IMG/VR virus record: IMGVR_UViG_3300010158_000045
Coordinates: 25,398-89,397 of that record
DNA from: a virus
Strand: one strand, 5' to 3'
Length of the DNA: 64,000 nt
In this document: positions 10,417-20,158 of the stretch, piece by piece
How positions within the stretch are numbered: position 1 is the stretch's first letter
How the letters are laid out: every line of letters begins with the position of its first letter
The notes under the pieces: model-generated
What the model was told of the DNA's origin: nothing
Databases searched by the model: none
What the model saw: only the letters and a program-made list of their open reading frames with translations
Program-made: the position numbers and the translations under genes

Positions 10417-11309
10417 AAATTATAGATCAAGACATCGTATTTTTAAGTTACGACGAACCAAACGCTGAAAAAAATTATGCAGATTTGTTAGCAAAGGTTC
10501 CTTGGGCCAAACGTGTGCATGGTGTTAAAGGTAGCGATGCCGCACACAAGGCCTGTGCAAAACTAAGCGAAACAGAATATTTTATTACAGTAGACGGTGA
10601 TAACATTGTTGACCCTAAATTTTTAGAAGTTGAAATAGATTTAGATGAATTAGGTCTTACACCCGACCACGTATTCAGCTGGTGCGGCAATGTTCATGTA
10701 AACAATCTTATGTACGGAAATGGCGGGCTCAAAATGTGGACACGTCAGTTTGTTAACAAAATGAAAACACATGAAAATTCAGATCCTACAGATACTAAAG
10801 GATTAGTAGAATTTTGTTTTGATAACAAATACTATCAGTTTAACGAAAATTATAGTGAGAGCTTTACCAATGCAAGTCCGTTTCAAGCCTTTAGAGCAGG
10901 ATTTCGGGAAGGTGTTAAAATGAGTTTAGACCAAGGTGCTAAAGTAAAAGATCTTAAAAGTATTTGGTGGCAAAACTATGACAGATTGTTAGTATGGTGT
11001 AACATTGGTGCAGATGTTCCTAATGGTGATTGGAGCATTTATGGTGCAAGAGAGGGAGCATACTTGACCAATTGTACTGATTGGGACTATACCAATGTTC
11101 GTGATTTTGAATATCTAACACAACAGTGGGAAGAAAAATACAGTAAAATTACTGAAGAAATGTTATCTTATGAAATTATGGGATTAGGTGAAACTCTTAA
11201 ACATGAATGTAATTTAGAAATTACAGATATTGATGCTGCCGGAAGTAAATTTTTTAAACGAGTTTTTAACAATAGTCCCCGTATTACAAGGAAAAAACAC
11301 AATGTATGA
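10398..11309 (+). CDS. Glycosyltransferase-like protein
   Basis: DIVFLSYDEP, RVHGVKGSDAAH, FITVDGD (DxD), YGNGGLK, AFRAGFREGVK. Confidence 0.6.
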   Translation: MENKKIKIIDQDIVFLSYDEPNAEKNYADLLAKVPWAKRVHGVKGSDAAHKACAKLSETEYFITVDGDNIVDPKFLEVEIDLDELGLTPDHVFSWCGNVHVNNLMYGNGGLKMWTRQFVNKMKTHENSDPTDTKGLVEFCFDNKYYQFNENYSESFTNASPFQAFRAGFREGVKMSLDQGAKVKDLKSIWWQNYDRLLVWCNIGADVPNGDWSIYGAREGAYLTNCTDWDYTNVRDFEYLTQQWEEKYSKITEEMLSYEIMGLGETLKHECNLEITDIDAAGSKFFKRVFNNSPRITRKKHNV

Positions 11310-12015
11310 TATTGCATTTATAAGTTATAATGAGCCTAAAGCTACGGATCAATACATACTGTTATTAAAGAATCATACTTATAATAGAATTTTTAGAGTT
11401 CAAAATATTAAAGGTATACATCAAGCTCATATTGAAGCCGCTAAAAAATCAAATACTAATATGTTTTATGTAGTTGATGCAGATGCCAGTATATTACCTA
11501 GCTTTAAATTTGATTTAAAATTAGAAAAAGACGAAGAAGATACTGTGTATGTTTGGAGATCAGTAAACCCTATCAACGGATTAGAATATGGGTATGGTGG
11601 AGTTAAATTATTGCCCAAGCAAATGACTATTGATATGAACACATCTAATGTTGATATGACTACTAGTATCAGCAAGAAATTTAAATCATTTAATAAAATT
11701 AGTAACATAACAGAATTTAATATTGATCCGTTATGTACATGGCGTAGTAGTTTTAGAGAATGTGTTAAATTGTCCAGCAAGAGTATTACTGGACAATTAG
11801 ATGCGGAAACTACTGAGCGTTTAAAAATCTGGAGATTCAATCATAGCAAAGCCCCGTTCGCAGAGTATTCTAGGGGCGGCGCAAGCGCAGGAGAATGGTA
11901 TGGCTCAACGTATAAAGATGACCCAGAAGCACTGTCTAAGATTAATGATTTTGAATGGCTAGAACATCAGTTCAATGCGCATATTGCACAATTCCCGCCA
12001 GAGTCTTTTAAATAA
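11302..12015 (+). CDS. Glycosyltransferase-like protein (paralog of upstream gene)
   Basis: MYDIAFISYNEP, GIHQAH, YVVDAD (DxD), YGYGGVK, WRSSFRECVK; start moved to ATG 11302 by paralog alignment. Confidence 0.6.
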   Translation: MYDIAFISYNEPKATDQYILLLKNHTYNRIFRVQNIKGIHQAHIEAAKKSNTNMFYVVDADASILPSFKFDLKLEKDEEDTVYVWRSVNPINGLEYGYGGVKLLPKQMTIDMNTSNVDMTTSISKKFKSFNKISNITEFNIDPLCTWRSSFRECVKLSSKSITGQLDAETTERLKIWRFNHSKAPFAEYSRGGASAGEWYGSTYKDDPEALSKINDFEWLEHQFNAHIAQFPPESFK

Positions 12016-12688
12016 GATCGTTTGTTAAAGGAAAGATTTCAGCTATCACTCGAGCACAGGCAATTGCAACTTCTTGATGCTCTTTCTGTGTGCCATTGGC
12101 ACTACGTAATTCAATAAAATGAATCCAGCTACGTAATGTGCCATTCATATATAAACGGCTTTCTGTAAGTCCTTCGGGTAGTACAGCTCGGGCTTGTTCT
12201 TTAGCGATGCCTTTTTCAATAGCCCATGTATAAGCATTTTGGGCTGTTTCAATAACTTTATTTTGCATCTGTTCCCACTGATAAGCAAGGAACCGATCAG
12301 CATCATCATTTTGAATGTCTAATTCAATTGAGTTTTGTCTGTTCTTTGTATCTTGCTTTCGTGCATCTCTACGTACAAACGACAAGTCTTTAGTAGGGTC
12401 AGCATATCGCTGACTGAACTCTTGGAAACTAAAACTTCTGTGTCGCAAGATTTGACGGGCAATATCTCGGGTTGTAGTAATTTCGATGCAGGCTGAGACC
12501 ATTTCGAGTGGTGACCAGTGCTGGTGTTTGATGAGGTATCGGATGAGTTTTTCGGATGTGTCTGTGTTGAGTTGATTACTTGGATTGGACACACGGGCGC
12601 AATACGCAATGAGTTCCTGCGCATCTTTGATGCCCAAATTTGCAAATTCTGGTGTGGGTTGACTGTAGCTAAGTAACTGAACATTCAT
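12008..12688 (-). CDS. thyX: FAD-dependent thymidylate synthase
   Basis: HWSPLE, RQILRHRSFSFQEFSQRY (RHRx7S) and ARAVLP motifs. Confidence 0.95.
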   Translation of the reverse strand: MNVQLLSYSQPTPEFANLGIKDAQELIAYCARVSNPSNQLNTDTSEKLIRYLIKHQHWSPLEMVSACIEITTTRDIARQILRHRSFSFQEFSQRYADPTKDLSFVRRDARKQDTKNRQNSIELDIQNDDADRFLAYQWEQMQNKVIETAQNAYTWAIEKGIAKEQARAVLPEGLTESRLYMNGTLRSWIHFIELRSANGTQKEHQEVAIACARVIAEIFPLTNDLI

Positions 12689-12691
12689 TAT

Positions 12692-13012
12692 TTATAACTT
12701 CTTTTTCTTGAGAAATTTTTGAGTGCTATGTTCAATGTCTTTTTTAACCTTGTGCGTATCTAGTTTAAAATCGACATCCACAATTTCACTCTCGTAGCGT
12801 TTAACCATTTCGGATAGATTCTTTTCAAAGGCACTCCATCCGTCTTTTTTAACCTGACTTGTTATTTTTATTTCCCAAGTTTTACCATTTCTAAAATTGA
12901 TCAATACTGCATGTACGTAGCCAAGAGGCATCACATTTAGTTTAATATCCCCGAAAACTTCAGGCCAATTTGCTATGACATCTTTGGGAAGTACTTTTCC
13001 CGTTGATGTCAC
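12692..13012 (-). CDS. Hypothetical protein
   Basis: 106 aa ORF, coupled to neighbours. Confidence 0.6.
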   Translation of the reverse strand: MTSTGKVLPKDVIANWPEVFGDIKLNVMPLGYVHAVLINFRNGKTWEIKITSQVKKDGWSAFEKNLSEMVKRYESEIVDVDFKLDTHKVKKDIEHSTQKFLKKKKL

Positions 13013-13608
13013 GATTCAGTAGTTACCTTAGTTTTCTTTGTAGTTGGAACTAATGCTTCTGCTTGACGACGCAATTCAGCCGCTTGCTTGCTTAGACGAT
13101 CTGCTTCACTTCGAAATTGTTTTGCTTGAGCTTCCGGAGTTGATGGCACTGTAGCAGTCACAGTTGGAGCGACAGTTTCTGTAACCGGTACGGTCTCAGC
13201 CTTTTTGATTTCTGGAGTGTTTGACTTCAACGACAATTCGTCTACAGCTACACCTCGTTGCTCGGCAATAATTTGATTCAACTCGGATAATATAATAGTA
13301 TTAGAGTTAGTCGGAGTCATTTCAATATCGCTAGTGCCAACTTTAATTAATCGGCCTTGTGCATGCAAAGCAGATAACATTGTGCTACCATCGGGAAAAG
13401 TTGAACGAGCCATAACTTCGGCAAACTCGTAAGCATCTTGGCCAGCATTGCTTTCTACCAAATTAATAATTGCATCGTGATATGCATCGGGCAAATTTTC
13501 AGTTGGTACGATTAAACAATTATGTGCATCACCTGGTAATGTGCGATATACTATAATACATTTTTTCTTTGTAGTAGCAACTCTGCCTACGTGTTTAAGT
13601 TCGGCCAT
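13009..13608 (-). CDS. Hypothetical protein
   Basis: 199 aa with AAGGA RBS; C-terminal coiled coil. Confidence 0.65.
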   Translation of the reverse strand: MAELKHVGRVATTKKKCIIVYRTLPGDAHNCLIVPTENLPDAYHDAIINLVESNAGQDAYEFAEVMARSTFPDGSTMLSALHAQGRLIKVGTSDIEMTPTNSNTIILSELNQIIAEQRGVAVDELSLKSNTPEIKKAETVPVTETVAPTVTATVPSTPEAQAKQFRSEADRLSKQAAELRRQAEALVPTTKKTKVTTES

Positions 13609-13612
13609 AATA

Positions 13613-13855
13613 TTATCCTTGTGCTTTTTGAGCTTCGGCTTGCTTTTGTACTTGCTCTAAAAAGTTTGTTAGTTTATTGTAAATCGTACCAACTGCGACC
13701 ATTTCGTTTGGTTTGAATGCACCGCGTTGGCTGCCCAAATCAATAATGTTTTTCATTGCGGCCAAGTCATTGATAGTTAAATCATTTGCTTGATCTTGTT
13801 GTTGTGCATCCTGTGCAGGCGCTTGTTCTTGTGTATCTTGTACAGTATCAGTCAT
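13613..13855 (-). CDS. Hypothetical protein
   Basis: 80 aa, strong AAGGAG RBS, Q-rich N-terminus. Confidence 0.65.
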   Translation of the reverse strand: MTDTVQDTQEQAPAQDAQQQDQANDLTINDLAAMKNIIDLGSQRGAFKPNEMVAVGTIYNKLTNFLEQVQKQAEAQKAQG

Positions 13856-13895
13856 GTGTATCTCCTTTGAAAAGTACTAATATTAATTATCTTGT

Positions 13896-14174
13896 TTATA
13901 AAATCGGACAAGCAATCGTGAAAAAACTTAGTTCTTTTTCACTTTCAAAGCCAATTCGTGTATTATATACAATAGTATTTGAACTATCGAGCCCAATGCC
14001 CTGTCCTATGTAGTACCGATTATTTAAGTTCTTACTGATCCACGCATCTAAAGATTTGATTAACGTGGGATTATATCGGTCAATAATTGTGTATTTAAAA
14101 TGGGGACAGGCAAAATCAACCCTCCGCAAATTGAAATAATTTAAAGGATTGGCTTTGCCTGCTTTTAGTGTCAT
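13896..14174 (-). CDS. Hypothetical protein
   Basis: 92 aa, ATGA overlap with the upstream VWA gene. Confidence 0.6.
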   Translation of the reverse strand: MTLKAGKANPLNYFNLRRVDFACPHFKYTIIDRYNPTLIKSLDAWISKNLNNRYYIGQGIGLDSSNTIVYNTRIGFESEKELSFFTIACPIL

Positions 14175-15355
14175 GCTACTTCTTTAACTTCTTCGTAGTA
14201 CGCATACTCGCCGAATGGAGGAACAATTTTATCATTGCCGTGAATAATAAACACTGTATCACAGTAGTTTTCATCACCCCAGCTACCCCAAGGATAACCG
14301 TCTGTAAACATGATAAACTTCTTAGGATGAATATCATTTTCTTTCATGTAATCCCAGTTAACATCAAACTCTGTTCCGCCACCGCCCATTGGCTCGTAGT
14401 AGTCAAACTCGTCGATGTTATATCCATCAAAATCAGCTTCGTTGTATACTTTAGTGTCAAAGCACCACACTTTAATTTTAAAGTCTTGATACTCTTGCAT
14501 AATACCTTTGATCTCTGACAAAAAGTCTTTAGCCTGCTCGTCACCGATACTACCTGACATGTCAATGCCTACACAAATATCAATAGTTTCTTGAAATTGT
14601 GTACCGGGCAAAATAGCGTTCATATGCCAGCCCTTACGATTAGGACGCATAAACGAATAGTCGTTTTTAATAGTACTTTGAATTTGCTGGCGTAAGATCT
14701 CACGCCAATTCATTTTAGGTTCTGTAAAATCTTTAATCATTCGTTGTACACTTGCAGGAGTATTACCTGCACCTGCGGCATTTGCCGCTTGAATAGTAGC
14801 TTCACGAATTTCGTCACGAATCTGTTTTAATTCTTCTTTGGTATACTTAGGCTGATTACCCTTGCCGTCTTCGCCCCAATCAATGTGTTCATCCAACAAT
14901 TGACCAAGTGCATTAAGTTCATCTTCGTCCATTTCGTCAAAGATTTTGTCATAGACTTCTTCTGCACCCATACCGTAATATTTAGGGTCATGGAAGATTT
15001 TAATACCTTCAATATTGTGTTCACCGATACGGTCACGAACTAATTGTCCATTTACACAATAGTCAGCGGCAATATTAAAAATACGTGCGTTACGACCTTC
15101 ACGACGACCCATGTGGTCAAATACGTTGTGTAAAATTTCGTGTGCAATAACAAACTCTACTTGCTTAACACTAAGTGGAGCAAAAAATTCACGATTAAAA
15201 TAGATTGTGCGTCCATCAGTAGCGGCAGTGGGAACCCAATCTGATGCTTCTTGGATTTTTAAACGTGTAGCCATATTGCCGAAAAACGGATGGCGAAGTA
15301 GTAGACCCACACGGGCTACAATAATTTTATCAATAATTGGATCTGCGTTTGACAT
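14171..15355 (-). CDS. Metallopeptidase-like + VWA domain protein (DUF2201-like)
   Basis: TAATDG, HEILH (HExxH), MIDAS DMSGS, GGGGT, FTDG; start at 15355 has AGGAG RBS. Confidence 0.85.
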   Translation of the reverse strand: MSNADPIIDKIIVARVGLLLRHPFFGNMATRLKIQEASDWVPTAATDGRTIYFNREFFAPLSVKQVEFVIAHEILHNVFDHMGRREGRNARIFNIAADYCVNGQLVRDRIGEHNIEGIKIFHDPKYYGMGAEEVYDKIFDEMDEDELNALGQLLDEHIDWGEDGKGNQPKYTKEELKQIRDEIREATIQAANAAGAGNTPASVQRMIKDFTEPKMNWREILRQQIQSTIKNDYSFMRPNRKGWHMNAILPGTQFQETIDICVGIDMSGSIGDEQAKDFLSEIKGIMQEYQDFKIKVWCFDTKVYNEADFDGYNIDEFDYYEPMGGGGTEFDVNWDYMKENDIHPKKFIMFTDGYPWGSWGDENYCDTVFIIHGNDKIVPPFGEYAYYEEVKEVA

Positions 15356-15384
15356 ATTTGCTCCTGATTGTTTACTATGTATAT

Positions 15385-15413
15385 AGTATAACACCTCCCG
15401 AAGGAGGTGTCAA
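15385..15413 (-). promoter_or_regulatory. sigma70 promoter TTGACA-17-TATACT with palindromic spacer (cUUCGg hairpin)
   Basis: Minus strand reads TTGACA cctccttcgggaggtgt TATACT; 8-bp stem at 15391-15410. Confidence 0.7.
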
Positions 15414-15429
15414 ATACAGCTACACCAAA

Positions 15430-16521
15430 TTACTTCTCTGTAGCGGCGCTAATGTACTTACCAAACTTAGCGTGGAAAGCATCGAAACATTTGATCTCGT
15501 CTGGATCTAATGGCAATTTGTAAGTGCTCAATGCCAATTTAGTACCCATAATAACCAATTCTGTTTCAAAATTATCCATGATAAATTGGAAGAAGTTGTT
15601 AACTTGATCATTCCAATTTTTGGCTTTCTTTTCGCAAGACTCTTTAAGTTCGTAGCACAACGATACAGTCAAAGAATACATAGCACTAATTTCTTTAGTT
15701 TTAAGTTCTTTAATTTTACCGCTCAAAATGTCTGTAGGATTAGGCATTTTGCTTGCGTGTTTACGGTGTGCCATAAACTTAACTGCCAAACCTTCGCCTA
15801 CAGAACCTGACACTAAATCAGTTAACGTGTCGTTATCGCAGTCGTCGTCTGTAAGCAATTCGCTTACAAAACTCCAAGAGCGAGGAGTAGCAAACGCACG
15901 TGAGCTAGACTTTGGATCAAAGTCATACAAGTCTTTCTTGCTGAAAGTCAAAAAGCCCACAACATCCTGATGGATCTTGTTGTCTACGGCCCAGCCAAAA
16001 TAGTCATCCCAGTCCACTGTCATTTCCAAGTGAACAAAACGATTAGCCAACGGAGCAGGCATACGGAATGTAACGCCTTTATCTGTTTCGCGATTACCAG
16101 CCGCTACCAACATAACGTTGTCGGGCAAGTGATACGTACCTACACGGCGATTCAAAACCAACTGATAGGCAGCCGCTTGTACGCTAGGAGCCGCACTATT
16201 CATTTCGTCTAAGAACAAAATAATGTGTTTGTGTTTTGCCGCCATTTCTTGTGTTGGCAATTCGTTAGGCGGTGCCCAACGCATAGTATTGTCGTTAGAA
16301 TCAAAGTAGGGGATACCTTTAATATCAGTAGGTTCCCAAAGACTTAGCCGTACATCAATTACATGGGCATCAAGTTCGGTACCCAGTTGTTTAATAATAT
16401 CGGATTTACCAATTCCGGGAGGACCCCATAGGAAAATTGGACGTTTGTTTTTAAATGCTTTACGCAGAGACTTTTTTGCACCTTGGGGGCCTACGGTGCG
16501 AGTAGCGAGTTCTGATGCCAT
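15430..16521 (-). CDS. MoxR-like AAA+ ATPase
   Basis: Walker A GPPGIGKS, Walker B LFLDE, AAGN, LANRF, TPRSW; adjacent to VWA partner. Confidence 0.9.
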   Translation of the reverse strand: MASELATRTVGPQGAKKSLRKAFKNKRPIFLWGPPGIGKSDIIKQLGTELDAHVIDVRLSLWEPTDIKGIPYFDSNDNTMRWAPPNELPTQEMAAKHKHIILFLDEMNSAAPSVQAAAYQLVLNRRVGTYHLPDNVMLVAAGNRETDKGVTFRMPAPLANRFVHLEMTVDWDDYFGWAVDNKIHQDVVGFLTFSKKDLYDFDPKSSSRAFATPRSWSFVSELLTDDDCDNDTLTDLVSGSVGEGLAVKFMAHRKHASKMPNPTDILSGKIKELKTKEISAMYSLTVSLCYELKESCEKKAKNWNDQVNNFFQFIMDNFETELVIMGTKLALSTYKLPLDPDEIKCFDAFHAKFGKYISAATEK

Positions 16522-16577
16522 TTCTTTTCCTATCTTAGTTAAAAATAAATTGTTGTTGATTAACGCTGTATGTATGT

Positions 16578-16606
16578 ATTATACGGCATATAGTGTATCA
16601 AGTCAA
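16578..16606 (-). promoter_or_regulatory. sigma70 promoter TTGACT-17-TATAAT
   Basis: Near-consensus elements upstream of the AAA ATPase. Confidence 0.7.
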
Positions 16607-17010
16607 CTGTTATTTTGACTAGCTAGCTCTTTTTCTCGCTCATTCATGGCCTTAATTAAACCAAATTTTCTAATGTCGTCCGAAAACAACATTAGTTCAA
16701 AACCCTTGCGCTCTGAGAAAACAGTAATTGACATTGGTGTAAGATAATAAGGGCAATCAACGTATCTTTCCAAAAAAATAATTGTTTGGGGACTGAGTTC
16801 GATTGGTTCTGTAAACGGAATTTCGTGCTCTTTCAATTCCAATTCTTTTACCAAAAATTCATAACCTTCGTCGGTTAATCTAAATGCATTCTCTTTGCCT
16901 ACTCGATTGCTTTGCCACCATTTACGACCAAATAGTGTTACATTGGCATCGTCTGTACTTTTGCCCCATTGCTCCAAAAAAATCTTAGTAAGTGTATTTC
17001 GGTTGATCAT
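16603..17010 (-). CDS. Hypothetical protein (possible winged-helix)
   Basis: 135 aa; FRLTDEG wing-like motif. Confidence 0.6.
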   Translation of the reverse strand: MINRNTLTKIFLEQWGKSTDDANVTLFGRKWWQSNRVGKENAFRLTDEGYEFLVKELELKEHEIPFTEPIELSPQTIIFLERYVDCPYYLTPMSITVFSERKGFELMLFSDDIRKFGLIKAMNEREKELASQNNS

Positions 17011-17291
17011 TTTACTACTGTGCCAGTAGTTAGCATAACTACCTGAAAATCCTCACATCCAAAAGTTAAATTTAATTTTTTAGCAAGATTTTTAGCGTGT
17101 CCAGGATTACTAAAAGACACTTTTTTATACTTAGGACCGGGATAGTTGACTAAGCTGTTAAAACTTTTTAAATTAAAAGGCTCGTTTTTGTAGAACACGG
17201 CCCATATGGCTTCAGCTTCTAAAATCTGTTCAGATTTATAAGTTTTTTTATTAGTATGTTCTAATAAAACTTTTGGCTTAGGTCTTGACAT
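17007..17291 (-). CDS. Hypothetical protein
   Basis: 94 aa basic protein (MSRPKP...) behind a TAAATA motif. Confidence 0.65.
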   Translation of the reverse strand: MSRPKPKVLLEHTNKKTYKSEQILEAEAIWAVFYKNEPFNLKSFNSLVNYPGPKYKKVSFSNPGHAKNLAKKLNLTFGCEDFQVVMLTTGTVVK

Positions 17292-17329
17292 AATATGCGT
17301 CCTGGTAATATACGCATATATTTATCTCT

Positions 17330-17578
17330 TTATCCGGGTGGTCCGAAGCCACCGCCATCAAGTTGTACGGTAACAACTTCTGGATTTACACTAGCTTTTA
17401 AAGCATTATACATACTTTCGTAATCTTGATTCATTTTAATTAACATTTCGCTAAGTGCTAAATTCAACAAACGAGCTTGTTGAATAGTTATCCTAACTTC
17501 TTTGCTTTGACTTATTTCAGCGGCTTTTATTAACTGAATTAATTGAGTAATAGGCGTTGTATTAATTTGATTTTGCAT
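17330..17578 (-). CDS. Hypothetical protein
   Basis: 82 aa ORF in operon. Confidence 0.55.
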   Translation of the reverse strand: MQNQINTTPITQLIQLIKAAEISQSKEVRITIQQARLLNLALSEMLIKMNQDYESMYNALKASVNPEVVTVQLDGGGFGPPG

Positions 17579-18041
17579 TTGCCAACACCGTTTTCATTTC
17601 TAGCTTATCCATAAAAGGACCCTGGTATGGGTAACGTTCTATAGTAATTGCTTTAGGACAGAAACTCTTAACCCAGCCTTTGTTGAATTTAATAATGTAA
17701 TAGCCGGCGCAGTATAGACTTTTACTCTGTGCGCTTTTAGTAAACAACGGCAATTTACGTCTAACATCGTACATGCTGTTATACGGAGCACACATGGTTG
17801 GAAAACCGTGACATTCATGTATCTCTGGTTGTGTAACTTTTACTTTAACGCTATTTAAAAAGAAATCTTCTCCAAATTGTTTGGTTAGGTCTTGTTTCTT
17901 ATTAAACATAACTTCACCGTTAGTACTTGATAGTACAAACTTGTTGTTTTCTTTTTTGTGTAGTGTTGCAATCTTAGTTCCGTCTTGTTCAACAATCCAG
18001 AATTTGCCATCTACAATTGGCTTTGCGTGTATGTCTGTCAT
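17562..18041 (-). CDS. Hypothetical protein
   Basis: 159 aa ORF in operon. Confidence 0.6.
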   Translation of the reverse strand: MTDIHAKPIVDGKFWIVEQDGTKIATLHKKENNKFVLSSTNGEVMFNKKQDLTKQFGEDFFLNSVKVKVTQPEIHECHGFPTMCAPYNSMYDVRRKLPLFTKSAQSKSLYCAGYYIIKFNKGWVKSFCPKAITIERYPYQGPFMDKLEMKTVLANAKSN

Positions 18042-18043
18042 AA

Positions 18044-18739
18044 TTATTTCCTATCTCCAAACAGTTGTAACAAGTTGATAAACAAATTAATAAAGTCCAT
18101 ATACAGAGTTAATGCACCGGTAACTTCTGCGGCAGGTGATGTGTCTACACTTAGTTCTTCACGTATCTTTTGTGTATCGTAAGCGGTTAGCCCCAAAAAG
18201 ATAATAATAGCTAATGCTGAAATGACAGTTTGCATTACAGTCGATCCAATAAAGATATTGACAATACTGGCAATTACAATAGCAACCAATCCAACAAACA
18301 TAAATTTGCCAAGGCTATCTAAACTACGTCTAGTAAAATATCCATAACCACTCATGACACCAAACAAAATGGCCGCACCCATAAACGCACTTACAATTGA
18401 TCCCATAGTAAATATGGCAAAGATTGTGGCAAAACTCAAACCCATAAGTGCCGCAAATCCATGCAAACATAGTTGAGCAACTTCTTTGCTAGGATTATTA
18501 CCTAACACCATAGCAACACCAAAGATTGCAACAAGCGGAGCAAAGATTACAATCCACTTTAATACACCTGTAAAAAAGAATTGTAGTAATTCTGGGCTAG
18601 TGCCAACAAAATAACTAACAATCATAGATACAACAACTGCTAGGCTCATGTGTCCATAAACACGCCCCATTGCACTATTAATTTCTTCTGCTGATCGGTA
18701 ATTTAAAATACCGTTATTTGTATAATTTGCACCAAACAT
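18044..18739 (-). CDS. Bax inhibitor-1/YccA family membrane protein
   Basis: About 7 hydrophobic helices; AYDTQKI and ALTLYMDFINLF signature; start MFGANY at 18739 with AGGAG RBS. Confidence 0.9.
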   Translation of the reverse strand: MFGANYTNNGILNYRSAEEINSAMGRVYGHMSLAVVVSMIVSYFVGTSPELLQFFFTGVLKWIVIFAPLVAIFGVAMVLGNNPSKEVAQLCLHGFAALMGLSFATIFAIFTMGSIVSAFMGAAILFGVMSGYGYFTRRSLDSLGKFMFVGLVAIVIASIVNIFIGSTVMQTVISALAIIIFLGLTAYDTQKIREELSVDTSPAAEVTGALTLYMDFINLFINLLQLFGDRK

Positions 18740-18740
18740 T

Positions 18741-19727
18741 TTAGTTCTCCTTGTACTTGGCTTGGAACGGTTCAGCATACGTTTGTATGTTGTCTGCAAT
18801 TTTCTTCATGTCCCATGCATTGCAGAATTTAAGCATACGAATACCTACTTGGCTAACATCTTTAGGTACTGCGTTAACTTTAATGGTTTCTTTAATCTCT
18901 TCTTTAATATCATCAGGCTGTGCTGTTAAATCACACAACTGTACATTGCGCTGATAGTCTTCTAAGACACGGTGCTCTTCGCCATTGTGGTCAACCCATC
19001 TCTGTAACATGAGATTGTTCCACGCATATCCGCGGCTTTTACGATCTTCGAACGCTTCAGTAAGACCAACTTTGTTTTTAGAACCTTTAGTACGCACACC
19101 TGGATATGCCGAGAAGACATTATCACTGGTATCACCACGCATACATTTCTCAAACAGCATCCATTCTGGGTCTTGTGCTGGCTTTGGCTCGCCTGTTTTT
19201 TTGTCTTTAACGGGCTTACCTTTTGCATCAAAGATTCCTTTATGTGTAATATGTAAATCACCTACACCGTTATATTGACTAACTGTGGGGCTTACAAGTT
19301 GTGCAAAATCTCCATCTGTCGAGATAATAACGTGTTTAGAATCTGGATGTGCTTGGATCCAGCCGGCAATTAAATCATCAGCTTCTAGATTAGGGTGTTG
19401 CATTACAGTGGCATTAGTTTTTTCTGTAACGAATTTTTTAAATTCGTCAAAGGCTTCCCAGAACAACTTGTCTTCTTCTTGTTCTTTTACAGTCATTGCC
19501 GCACGAGTTTCCTGTCTGTTAGCTTTATAAGGTTTATAATAGTCCTTACGCCAGCTTCGACCTTCGAGACAGAACACCACATGACTACCGCCAAAATCTT
19601 GCCATGCTTTCTTGATACTGTTAAGGGTGATATGAAATGCCATGCCAAGTTTAATATCGGCACTGCCTTGAACTACATGCCTTGCACGGAAAAAAGTGTT
19701 AGCAGTATCAACTATAATATGTGTCAT
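18741..19727 (-). CDS. rnh: RNase H / 5'-3' exonuclease (T4 rnh-like, PIN/FEN fold)
   Basis: IIVD, WRK..YKPYKANR, EADDLIA, STDGDFAQL, GDTSDNV motifs. Confidence 0.85.
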   Translation of the reverse strand: MTHIIVDTANTFFRARHVVQGSADIKLGMAFHITLNSIKKAWQDFGGSHVVFCLEGRSWRKDYYKPYKANRQETRAAMTVKEQEEDKLFWEAFDEFKKFVTEKTNATVMQHPNLEADDLIAGWIQAHPDSKHVIISTDGDFAQLVSPTVSQYNGVGDLHITHKGIFDAKGKPVKDKKTGEPKPAQDPEWMLFEKCMRGDTSDNVFSAYPGVRTKGSKNKVGLTEAFEDRKSRGYAWNNLMLQRWVDHNGEEHRVLEDYQRNVQLCDLTAQPDDIKEEIKETIKVNAVPKDVSQVGIRMLKFCNAWDMKKIADNIQTYAEPFQAKYKEN

Positions 19728-20158
19728 TTAACTTCGGCTTTGCCGTTACCTAATTTACTTACATTAATAAAACCAGCACTTGTCCTTGCTGGGTCTTGTC
19801 CTGCCTCGGCTAACATATTTGATGCTAAATCTCTGAACCAGCGATCTACAATCTCTTCGTCAGGGTCACCATCAAATCCATAACCAGCTTGTTTCAATTG
19901 TACTATAAAAAGCTCGTTCCAGTCAAGCTCAAAAAATCCATTACGCACATTATCTTTGTTAACGTGTGTATCCAAAACTGCTACAAACGGTTCTCCTCGA
20001 GCAGTAGCTCGATCTTTTGGATCCATTTTGGCCTGCTCTTCTGCCTGTTGAGCTAGTACAGTTTCGGCAACTGCCTTATCTCTAACTATTTGAAGAGCAT
20101 CTTTTTCGGCTTGCAGTTTGTCAATGCCAAGCCATTTTTTAAATAAATTTTTAATCAT
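19724..20158 (-). CDS. Hypothetical protein
   Basis: ORF starting MIKNLFKK; GFFELDWN motif. Confidence 0.6.
   Translation of the reverse strand: MIKNLFKKWLGIDKLQAEKDALQIVRDKAVAETVLAQQAEEQAKMDPKDRATARGEPFVAVLDTHVNKDNVRNGFFELDWNELFIVQLKQAGYGFDGDPDEEIVDRWFRDLASNMLAEAGQDPARTSAGFINVSKLGNGKAEVK

Noticed and set aside
11230-11301. Extended N-termini given by the ORF track (also 15394, 18799, 27441, 27950, 32018, 42751, 43145, 52576)
   Set aside because: They overlap upstream genes or promoters; downstream ATGs fit the RBS, gene coupling and domain starts better.
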